Below are positions 1-10,859 of a stretch of DNA of 64,000 nucleotides, in pieces. A model generated the notes under the pieces. The model was not told the origin of the DNA. It saw nothing but the letters and a program-made list of their open reading frames with translations, and did not search any database. Source of the stretch: Diadema antillarum (Eukaryota); the NCBI RefSeq assembly GCF_040938485.1, contig NW_027271168.1, forward strand, positions 1,240,001-1,304,000. Reading direction: 5' to 3'. Positions within the stretch are counted from its first letter, which is position 1. Every line of letters begins with the position of its first letter. The position numbers and the translations under genes were made by a program.

Positions 1-274
1 ACGTAAGAGCAAAGAGCCTCGGACTCATGGGCACTAATATGGGTATCGAAAGTAAAGCTATGCCCTTCCTCCCTCTCTCTCTCTCTCTCTCTCACTCTCC
101 CTATCGTAAATAGTGGTATAGTGCTGATATACAATAGTACTTTTGGCTAATGTCATCTTTGGCACGTTTTACAGGTGTGATTACAAAGGATGCCGCCGGA
201 GGAGGTGATTTCTTTAGGTCAGTTTTGGTACTACTTCTTCAGTTTTATTTGGCTGTGTGTCAATATATATATAT

Positions 275-466
275 AGACGATGAAGACAAACAAGTTGACA
301 TAATGCATTAGATTCCAACTTCATTTATTTGTAAACCAAATTTTCGACCCTTGCACGGATCTTCCTCAGGGTAACAGTGCAACCGTGCAAGGGTCGAAAA
401 TTTGGTTTACAAATAAATGAAGTTGGAATCTAATGCATTATGTCAACTTGTTTGTCTTCATCGTCT
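275..466. repeat. Perfect 84-bp inverted repeat (24-nt loop) containing a hammerhead-like motif
   Basis: 275-358 is the exact reverse complement of 383-466. The minus strand 375-331 reads CUGAGGA-A-GAUCC-gugcaa-GGGUC-GAAA-AUUU. Confidence 0.85.
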
Positions 467-501
467 TCATGCTCTTATTCCAACACGCGGATAATAATAC
501 C

Positions 502-556
<55 letters not shown>

Positions 557-560
557 ATAT

Positions 561-869
561 AGAAGTATTAAAACAAGTTCACGCGGTTGACTGCAGATTC
601 ATCCGTATTTATTGCAACCTCCATGAGGTGCAATCATCATCATCATCATCATAAAGTGATCATTATACTTGATGCCTGTTTTATGTTTTTCATTGAAGGA
701 ATTGCAAAGAATTGGTTGAGGTGAAGAGATACTTCGAGAAACCACTTTATGATCGTCATCATCATCATCATCATCATGATTGCACCTCATGGAGGTTGCA
801 AGAAACTCAGAGTTGCAATAAATACAGATGAACCTGCAGTCAACCCCATGAGCTTGTTTCAATACTTCT
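561..869. repeat. Imperfect inverted repeat / foldback element with (CAT)n in both arms
   Basis: 561-658 matches the reverse complement of 743-869 (agaagtatt..caag..gttgactgcag.ttcatc.gtatttattgcaac...ctccatgaggtgcaatcat...cataaagtg). Confidence 0.8.
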
Positions 870-913
870 GTCTAAAGCTCTTCCTTTGAGGATATCGAGC
901 ACTCTTCATAGTA

Positions 914-954
<41 letters not shown>

Positions 955-1522
955 CGGCCATATATACTGCGACATCCTTCATCACACCTGTACAAACATA
1001 AAAACATATTATATCAAGCATGATCAAAAGGCAGCCTCTTCAGAATTCTCACTGTTCATCAAGGTGGGCATGAATACATAAAAACCTCACTAGTGTCGAA
1101 TAGACTCAGCACCTATAGTGTGTTCGATGATATCCACAGCATCACCTGTTCTTGTCAGTAGTACTCATGTTTTCGCTTGGCATCTGAAAGTGACATCTAC
1201 CGTCTCGTTGGTTGATCAATAGTGGTTCACAGACTGACGCGCTTTCCGACCTAATCCAACATCCGTGAGCACGTGGAGTATTTGGACAGAAAAATTAATT
1301 TTCACTAAAACATCAGGGTGGTTGGCATGAAACTTTGAGATAACCCAAGCTGTGTCCGTGTGTCTATCTCTATATCGTGCATTTTGCTAACTCCACTGCC
1401 CACCGCCCCCTTTTTTTAGGGGGTGGTACTGCTTCATTTGCTTTGATTGCTGGTTACCAGTGGAGTGTCAATACAGTCATAAGATACAAAGCCTTTTGTT
1501 TTCAACACACGCCCATTGACTC

Positions 1523-4500
1523 CTAATCATCACAACAGTCACAGTCACAGTCACAGTCACAGTCCCAGTCCTATAAAACAAAGAAGAGAATAACACATTA
1601 TATACAAATGTATAGATAGAGAGAGAGAGGGGGGGGGGCAAAGAGATATTTATATGTACTTGTCCCATTAAAAAAAAAGAATAAAGAGCGAGAGGAGATT
1701 AATGCGCATCTGTGGACCTTAAAATGGATTAAATTGCCTTGATGCAACTTTTATGAGCAGCCCCTTGATCGATACCATTAACTTCATCACGTATGACTAC
1801 ATTACAGTACACACCTTAATCATAAAGGCCTCACAAACAATTCATATCAGTTTCTACCTATGATGGTATCCACCCATCACATGATTTCTACGTGGAAGAG
1901 ATAAGACAATTTCTACTTAAGGTCCCGTCTACAAAAAAGAAATGGTAAATCCAACATTGTACATGCTGTTACTCCTTTTGTATATGTTAAATTGATATTC
2001 AAAATACTGGATTTACCATTTAATTTTTATTCATTTTTAGACTGGTCCGTCAATCAAACCATGCAAGCTTTTTCTTTAAACATGAAAATGTTTGTTGTCG
2101 CCCTTTGCCTCACTCAAAATACAAATATCAGTCTCTGATATGCATTGTCCAGACAGATTTGGTAAAGAAAATAGATGACGCATCAGAATGAATAGATTAA
2201 AAAATGAGGGAAATTAAACCCATCTGTTTTTGTTTGTTTGTTTGTTTATTTTAATTTTAGAAAATCCACACCCCCAACCCCGGCAGCAATCTGGTTTAAA
2301 CAACGTCAGGTATTGACTAACATATTGTAGACGAAAGGGCACTAGGGAGAGAGAGAGAGGGGGGGGGGGGGAGAGGAGAAGGATAGTGATAGAGAGAGGG
2401 GTAAATATATCAAAATGAATTGAGTTCGTCACGTAAGCCCCAATTTATGTTGACGATATGCTGTCTCATTTATTGAAGCGTTAAATATGCAAATTCCCTC
2501 ATATTTATCGTGTGCACAGGCAAAATCAATGAAAACTGAAGAGTGATTGTGACAAGAGCCAACTGATATAACATATACACAAAATCAAAGATAAGTACAG
2601 GACTTGAAAGTGAAAATGCATATCCGTCAGTGGTTTTGCTTCTCTATATTTTCCGTGTGTTTAAAGGTGTTGTCACTTGCTGTTGTTTCATCTGGCTGTA
2701 AGAATGGAAAGCCACATGTCTCTTGGTGGGTTTTTATACATAATACACAGGCTTTGACGCTCGAGTTAAAATTATATTACGCTGAATATTTGCCTGATGC
2801 AAATATGAATCGCTTATTTCCTCATGTTTCACAAAGTTAATAATCAACCCCAGCTCAAATGGTGTGCGATTTTTTTTCTTTTTTTTTTTAGTCTGTTTAC
2901 GTTGCGCGCCACCATATTTGTATGGTGCCTGCCGTATTATATTGTACTATAAATAACCATGATGCATTTGAGTATCATGACGTCACCCGAGGATTTTTTT
3001 TCCCCGCCACATTTCAATAATAATTTGACAAATAATGAACAGTAATTATACATATCACGTATACTTGAAGTAGAAAGAGAAAAGAAACGATAACCTCGCG
3101 AAAATTAAAAGCTGCATTTCAGTGTGATTAATGAATATTTGCTATCAAAAATATCTCTCATATAAACTACTGAACCATATTTTGAAAAATTTAAGGTACC
3201 CCGACTTTTCACCTTAACCCAGATGATGTTTACGTCCCTTCTAAGTCAACCCAATCCTTTCGATATGGACAGGTTCTTGTTTTAACACTGGTTGAAGGAA
3301 CAGATTCAAGGAAGTTTGTAGAGAAGGATGGAGAATAATATAAGATAGTTTCGCAGCCCGAACTACGAGGAAGTTCAGCATGTTCAGAGGAGAAGGATGT
3401 GAAGGTAGCGACTTTATTCATTATTTATACGAGACATTACAAGAGGGACAAAAGAAGTATATACACAAAGCTCGAACATAAAATTATTCTGCAGTTTTCT
3501 AAGATGTCATTGAGGAAATGATGGGTGGGGAAGAGTCCAGAAGATGTTCGCTTGTGAAAAGTAGTATCAACCACAGACATCATCTGTTGAATCTGAAATT
3601 AATACAGATTCTGTGAAGGCCTCACACGATTTTCCCTGGGTTACGGATTAATAGGAGAGAGCTCGGAAAGAAATATCCATGTCATGATTAACCATTTGCC
3701 TGCGAGATTTGTAGATATCTACAGGATTTGGACAGGCCTTTCAAGGTTTCCAAGGGCAACTAACTGAGCAATGTTGTGTGTAATCATACCGTCCCCTCTG
3801 TAGTCAGTGGACAAACACTCTGTCCCTCGGATGGGACATAAGATGAAGGTCCCGTGTGTGAGAGGATCACAACTAAAAGATCCCGCTTCATTTATTCATG
3901 GTATAGAACAGGATGTTAAACCCAGTGCAGTGGTCCCACCTCACACCCAACTGGACCCATGGAAGACCAGCATAGTTCAGCTGAATGATAATATGGGCTA
4001 TCCAGCCCTCTTCTCAGATGGAAAATGAAACAACGAACAAACAAGGGAGATTATTAGCCATGGCACCTGGAGTACTCGGAAGAAAGAAGCCTTCTTACCC
4101 CACAGCATCCATCGCCGTCGTCATCATCGTCACCACCAAAGCAAAAACTTAGAAGGCAACACACGTTACAATCGTCAGCATTATTGTTGTTACTGCACGG
4201 CCCAATCGAGAAAGATGTGTCAGTAGGCAGCAGGGGAGGGAGAGAGTGGGAAAGAACAAGACATAGATTTTAACTCATGCATTTTTAATCCATGACATTT
4301 TCATATTTGACAGTCCTACCTTCGGCATTTTAACTTCTAACATTTTTTTTTCTCTCTCTCGCATTTGTACCTTAAACATTATGCTACCTCTAGCATTATT
4401 TTTCGTTATGGATATTAACTTACCTCTTTGCAGTTATATCATTGATATCTTATCCCCGACATTCGCATCTAATGCATCCTTATCTGTGATATTTCTAACA

Positions 4501-5924
4501 TTTGACATATTTTATCTCTGCATTTTTATTCCTCTGACACTATTACCTTAATTGCCATTTTTATTTTGGGAATTTGTTCACCTCCGATTCACTTTTCCAT
4601 GACAGTTTTACATTTTAGAGCAATTATGGGGTGTATGATTGGGAGCACGTTTGCGTGTCGTCCTAGTCTTCTTTAAGGAGAAAAGATTCTAGCTTTGTTT
4701 ATATCAGAGACTCGAACTGCTCTTTGTTTCATATATAGTACTATTCAAAGATACTTCTATTCTTTTGTGTGCTATATTTGATATTATATACCTCATAATA
4801 TCCTCTCATCTGATTGGTTAAAAGTGGAGTCATGAAAATAGCTGTGCCCCATTTTCGATCAAAATGACATCATGATTTACTGTGCCCGGGGCATAGAATC
4901 AACTGCGCCCTGTAAATAGGTTTGGATACAGTCGCAACCCCGTACACATAGATCACTCATAAATGTACGCACCAATGATACAACCGCCGCGCTGTCAATC
5001 AGCGTTGATTACGAGTGCTGTAAAAGAGACTAGAATCTATATTTTCGGTATCTATATTTCGGAATCTATATTTTCGGTATATAAAACAAATAATGACAGC
5101 TTGATATTCGGGGCACAGTTAAAATTATGTAGGCCCTTGGTGATGTGAAAACCATAACTATGCCCTCAGCTTCGCTTCGGGCATAGTTATGGTTTTCACA
5201 TCACCTTGGGCCCATAATTTTAACTGTGCCCCTCATAGCAGTCATTATTTGTATACTATTTAAAGGAACTTTTCTTCTCCAGTTTGCACGCTTAAAGTCT
5301 AATGGATTAAAAATTACAATGTACTTTGTACTCATCTTATGTATTTTACGCTACCAATGATATATGTGTGTACACGCATGTGCAATAAAAAAACACGAAC
5401 CAATCAAATCAAATCAAATCAAAATCAAGATGCTATTTCTGAACGTGAACACGAAGTGGAGTTTCTCTCTAAGATTCTGTAAGTGCCACCGCGGTACCTT
5501 GTTCCAGCGTGATAGTGGGAACCTGCTCCATATGCAAAGGCGTCTACGACGTCATCTACCCTCTCCTCCCGTTTCTCCTCCTCCTTTCGCCGTCTCTCTT
5601 CCTCCTTGCGCCGCCACTCCTCCGCACTCTCGACGGTTACATGGTAGGCCGAGTTTCCGGGCGTGGGCTGGGCAGTAATGGCCATCGGGGGCTGACCAGT
5701 AGTCGGTCCTGCTACGGGCACCATGGCGATCTACACACAAAAAAAAACACACCATTTTTTCAAGTGTCAAAACCTTTCTCTTTTGTTTTCTCTCTTCTCT
5801 CTCTGGTGTTTATATCATATCCCATTCATATATGCATTATACTTTGCATAGATGTAAAATATTGTATAGGCCTATATATTAAGTATATCATACATATTAA
5901 ATATATTATATACAGGCCTTTATG

Positions 5925-5961
<37 letters not shown>

Positions 5962-6099
5962 TCTCTAAAAAAATCGAGTGAAAATATTCACTCTTTAAGG
6001 AGTGAATACAAAAGAGAGTGAATTTAGAGTATTCACTCTTTTTTGTATTCACTCCTTCAAGAGTAAATATTTTCACTCGATTTTTTTAAGAGAGTATAC

Positions 6100-6132
<33 letters not shown>

Positions 6133-6343
6133 ATGTATGATTTGATTTCAATTGATATCAAGGCAATACGTATATTATGGTGTGTGTGTTTTCTTTGTGT
6201 GTGTTTTCTTTGTGTGTGTTTGTGTATTGTGTATTCGTATTACGAATATCACCCCTGAAACAAAAATCTGATGGTATAGAACTACATTACGACAACAAGT
6301 ATACCAGTGGGAAATGGAGACAAAAAACAACAACATGAACAAT

Positions 6344-6374
<31 letters not shown>

Positions 6375-6551
6375 GAAAACGAAATTGAGGGATCCTATTT
6401 CTTGCTACAGAAAACACAGGAACACGCGCATTATATAGGGTATCTAGGCAGACAGGGGCACAGTTCCTACCTGCTCCACGCCAATAGCTGGGTTCTCTGG
6501 ATACGGCAGCTGGCCGGTGCTCTGTGAGGGCTGTGAGCCATAAGCGGCCAT
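1523..6551 (-). CDS. Gene A: small Cys/Asp-tail protein of an unrecognised family, 4 exons, 151 aa
   Basis: Exons 6551-6471 (MAAYGSQPSQSTGQLPYPENPAIGVEQ|gtagga), 5730-5498 (IAMVPVAGPTTGQPP...EEWRRKEEERRRKEEEKREE...HYHAGT-AG|gtaccg), 4192-4099 (NNNNADDCNVCCLLSFCFGGDDDDDGDGCCG|gtaaga), 1570-1523 (DWDCDCDCDCDCCDD*). Total 456 nt, phases 0/2/0, same as the two paralogues. Confidence 0.8.
3764..4045 (+). mobile_element. 5'-truncated copy of the same SINE (intron 3 of gene A; partial counterpart at 12597-12738)
   Basis: ctgagcaatgttgtgtgtaatcataccgtcccctct...cccaactggaccc.tggaagaccagc...cagatggaaaatga matches the 43.5 kb copy. Confidence 0.8.
5085..5255. mobile_element. Foldback MITE-like hairpin
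   Basis: caaataatgac...cacagttaaaattatg...gtgatgtgaaaaccataactatgccc / cttcgcttc / gggcatagttatggttttcacatcac...cataattttaactgtg...gtcattatttg. Confidence 0.7.
5959..6097. mobile_element. Short palindromic MITE (TACTCTCT...AGAGAGTA family)
   Basis: Self-complementary cactc/gagtg-rich element, an internally deleted relative of 19723-20016, inserted in a (TA)n tract. Confidence 0.75.
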
Positions 6552-7815
6552 CGCAAACCGTGGCGGTGGTGGCGGTGGTGGCGTGTGCTGTGCTGTGCTG
6601 TACTCAGACGAAAGATGAACACAAGACGGCGGCGGAATTCAAGCCAGGGTCACGTCTCGGTCCCAAAATGGTGATGTATTCAAGTGGTTCGATCTCCCTG
6701 CAAATACTAATTTGGCGAACTGCTCTCGAGATACGTTCGGTCCATGTTCTATCTCATACGAGCCATGCGAATTTCTTCCTTCTACCTCATAATAACGATA
6801 TTCCATTGCCTAAACCGACATACGTCTTGCTAATGAGCGCGGCCGTGTCTCGCAAGACCGCATGATATCGAAGGGCAAGTGCAAGTACAGTGTACATTTA
6901 TTTTGTTTGAACAAAACCCGTCGAAACCCTTTCGGCTGTGATTCAGATGACTGGACTGTGAAGATATCTGTTAGGCCTGCAACCCTTCCCTTTTGTTTGT
7001 TGAGATCAAACAGAATGTGGCGGGGGTGCAGATCACAGTAGGCCTATAGTCTGCTGTTTTGTGCCTCGGAATATTATGATTATTACTAATCAATGAAACT
7101 TAAAACCACAACACATTCGTCAGTATGCCACATTTTCTACTGTAAAATCCTTCTTGAAAAGACGTATTCATCAGTAGTTGGAAAGTGAACATTTCTCTTC
7201 AAATAATATATCGATTTATATAGGTGTTGTATGTTTAATACGTTTATCTTCACTAGTTACCTTGAATGTAATTTGTTGATTTGCTTTGATATCATATGTG
7301 TGTAAAATAGATGTTTTTTTTTCATCACCAGCACTTAGGAAGCATTAGTTTGTTATGACGCGCTATAGAAGCTATTATCTTTATTGTCATCTATTATCAT
7401 TTGTTATCATAATCGCTGTTACTACTGTTATTTTTATCATTTAATCATCATCATTAAGTATTTTTATCATTACTATGTCTATAAGAGATGATTGAGTGTA
7501 ATGTAACGATACGAAAAAAAAAATTGGTGTCCTCTGTGAAAATGGCACGAAGAATCTTTTGTATTCAGTCACGATTTTGATTGACTTTGTCTTCAAACTT
7601 TAAAGTGAAGCTCAGTTTATATCTTTATAGAATGCCTCCATACAGATTAACCGATCTCAAGCTGCATGATAATGATCTTAAGACAAACTTTTCCTTCTAG
7701 GGTAAATACCTCACACATCCCTCTCCAGGGAAAAAAGAAAAAAAAAAGAAAACAAGAAACACATCCTGTCTTTGGAAACGTTAAGATTACGCCACGTGCA
7801 TTCCCATACCTTTTG

Positions 7816-8171
7816 TTAAAGGGGATGGCTAGTAACTGATCAGTGGGAATCAGTGGGAATGCTGAGGGATGATTGTTCCAATCCTTGTGGGATTCATTTA
7901 AGAGTACATTATATATCTATTCTTGTGTGAAAATTATTTGCGTCAGAATGGTCTCATATTCAAGTAATGTGCAGTTTAATGCTTCCCAGGTAAGCGTCCC
8001 TGGTCAGTGACGGGGCATTAATCTGCACATTACTTGAATATGTGACCGTTCTGAAGCAAATGATTTTCACACAGCAGTAGATATATAATGTACTCTTAAA
8101 TGAATCCCACAAGGATTGGAACAATCATCCCTCAGCATTCCCACTGATCGGTTACTAGCCATCCCCTTTAA
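7816..8171. mobile_element. TTAA-flanked MITE (Kolobok-like termini), copy 1
   Basis: TTAA|AGGGGATGGCTAGTAAC...GTTACTAGCCATCCCCT|TTAA. It is absent at the equivalent position of duplication copy 2. A second copy is at 55403-55767. Confidence 0.8.
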
Positions 8172-9722
8172 TGAAAGTACAATGTAGTAATGTATAGTGA
8201 TTGACAGATGATGTTGCATCAAAAGTATGGATAGAATTTTCGTTTAGGATTTTTTTTTGAGGGGGGGGTAGGCCGATTCAAGTAATCTACAGAAAATTAT
8301 CATACATGGGACATGCTATTGATAATCGGGGTATCATAAATCAACCAGAGTAAAACATGTATTTGTATTGTAGCATGGAGGTACAATACACCTACTTTGA
8401 CCTCCATGGTATACTAGTAAGCCATAAACGTAAAGACTATCAGCACAAGAGGGCGTCTTTCACAGAGATACCGCTTATACAATCACTGTGATACTATATA
8501 CATCGTGATGCGTAGAATGTGGTCTAGATGAAAAAAATATATATAAAATCGTGAGCCGTATGACTCGTGGGTGTCGGGCTCGTTCAAACTACGGCTGCAG
8601 ACCATGGTTCCAAATTGACGTGTAGTGATTGTTTACGCGCGAAAGACATTTCGAAGTTAAAAAGCACGAGTATAACATTGCTTATCAAAGCCCTGCAATG
8701 CTCAGTAATAATGACTACATACACTGGATTTATATCATATCATGTGTATAAAAAGCTGTCATATTTTATTGAGAATTTTACACTTTGTTTGCGAAGCAAC
8801 CGGTACGGTTACTTTGTTATAACATAGTTATACCAGATGAATATTACACTCTTCAGAATCAATTAATGTATAATAATTTTAGCTACTGTGATATTGCGTA
8901 CAAATGCAAAACATTCCTATTAAAAGTACGAAAAAATTTCGATTGGCTTAAAATACCAAGCTCCTTGAAAAGAACTAACTACCGTATGTCACGCTAATGC
9001 AGGAAAGTCCTGGCAAACTGCGATGTTATCTTTTGGTTTTTACAATTACATTAGAATCTCATTAACGCTCATTCAATTTCATATATTAACTAAATTACAA
9101 TAAATAGTGGTACTGTTCCATGATGTATTAACATATCAAGTACTTGTAGCCAGCTGATTTCAGTTAGAATGATGAAGTACAAAACAGACATATATAATAT
9201 AACAAGCTCAATCACAATCCTCGAACTTAGAATTGGGCTTTCAACTTTTTGCGAGATACCAAGAAAACACTTATGATATAGTACAGAGCATACCATTTTT
9301 AGAGGAATTCAAAGTTTATTTGATGAAAATCGGGTTTGGAATGACTGAAACATCCAAAAACAAAGTAAAACAAAGCGATTGTAATAAAGTGTGGGTCCCA
9401 CACTTTATTAGAATCGCTCTTTTTTGGATAGCACAGTCATTTCAAAACCAATTTTCATCTGCAATAAACATTGAATTCCTCATAGAATTACATGCTCTTT
9501 CATATTTCAGAAGAGGTTTCGCATTATCTCACCAAATAATGTTAGAAACGTGACATTAGGTCTCAACCAAAACTCAGTTACTTATTGCAGTCTTTACGCA
9601 CATCAGAATGAATTATATTAAATCGCATTAGTTGATGAAAAACAGATAAAACAGATATTGCCTCATTTGCATAACTTAATACAATATCAAGATGGGTATC
9701 GGCAGTAAAGCTATGCTTTCTC

Positions 9723-9753
<31 letters not shown>

Positions 9754-10002
9754 CCTCTATCATATACAAAATTAGTGATAAAATGTTGATATACAATAAG
9801 TATCTTTGGCTTTTGCCATCTTTGGTACGCTTTACAGTTGTGAGACGATAACAAAGAATGCCGCAGAGGCGAAGATTTTTCTGCTTTATCTTCAGCTTTA
9901 TCTGTCTGTGTGTCGCAAAGACACACAGACACACACAGATGTATAAACATTATGTATAACTGCATACATATATATCTATACAGTTGTAGTTATGTGGAAT
10001 TG

Positions 10003-10054
<52 letters not shown>

Positions 10055-10195
10055 CATATATATAGTGAAAACTTTGAGCAAAGAAAATGGGTTTTCATCG
10101 GGATGAAAACCCATTTTCTTTTCTCAAAGTTTTCACTATTTATTATTTGTTTCTGGTCAGTTTTCCTTCTCTTTGTTTCAAAATATATAATCATA

Positions 10196-10241
<46 letters not shown>

Positions 10242-10859
10242 CAACATGTTATATCTAGCATGATATATTTAAGATATAGCCTCTTCAGAATTCTCACTGT
10301 TCAGCAAGAGGGACATGAATACGTAAAAAATCTCACTCTTGTCGAAGAACGTCAGGCTCTGCACCTATAGTGTGTTCGATGATATCCCCATCAATATACT
10401 GTTCTTGTCAGTATTACTCATTTGTTCGGTTGCCATCTAAAACTGATACCTAACTGACAATCTGGATCATTCAAAGCCTCACTCAAAACTCACATTTTCA
10501 CCATGGCATTCAACTGCTAACTCCCTGGGAGGAGTCTGCGCCTTTGAATGTTTTTACAGCAGATATACGGCACTATACAAATGCTGTGGATCATCATCAT
10601 TATCTACAGTCTCATTGGTTGATCAATAGTGGTTCACAGACTGGCGCGCTTTCCGACCTAATCCAACATCCGTGAGCACGTGCCATGGAGTATTTGGGCA
10701 GAATCAGTGTGGATGGGATGAAACTTTGAGATAGCCCAAGTTGTGTCCGTGTGTCCACCTCTGTAGCATGTTTTTCTTTTTCTGACTGCTGGTTGCCGGT
10801 GGAACGTCCTGCATGTCGTAAGATAGAAAGTTCTGTTTTCAACACGCTCCCATTGACTG

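Larger units (their letters stand above)
1000..8480. repeat. Segmental duplication copy 1 (gene A locus)
   Basis: Collinear homology with ~10240-18240 across exons, introns and flanks, e.g. 1021-1300 vs 10260-10700, 2590-3100 vs 11400-11900, 3900-4640 vs 12600-13320, 6440-7090 vs 17120-17750, 8170-8480 vs 17950-18240. Confidence 0.85.

Noticed and set aside
3230-3421. Conserved pyrimidine-rich acceptor-like segment in intron 3 of gene A (paralogous at ~12100-12240)
   Set aside because: The reading phase does not fit the phase-0 junction and no donor was found; its conservation is explained by the duplication.
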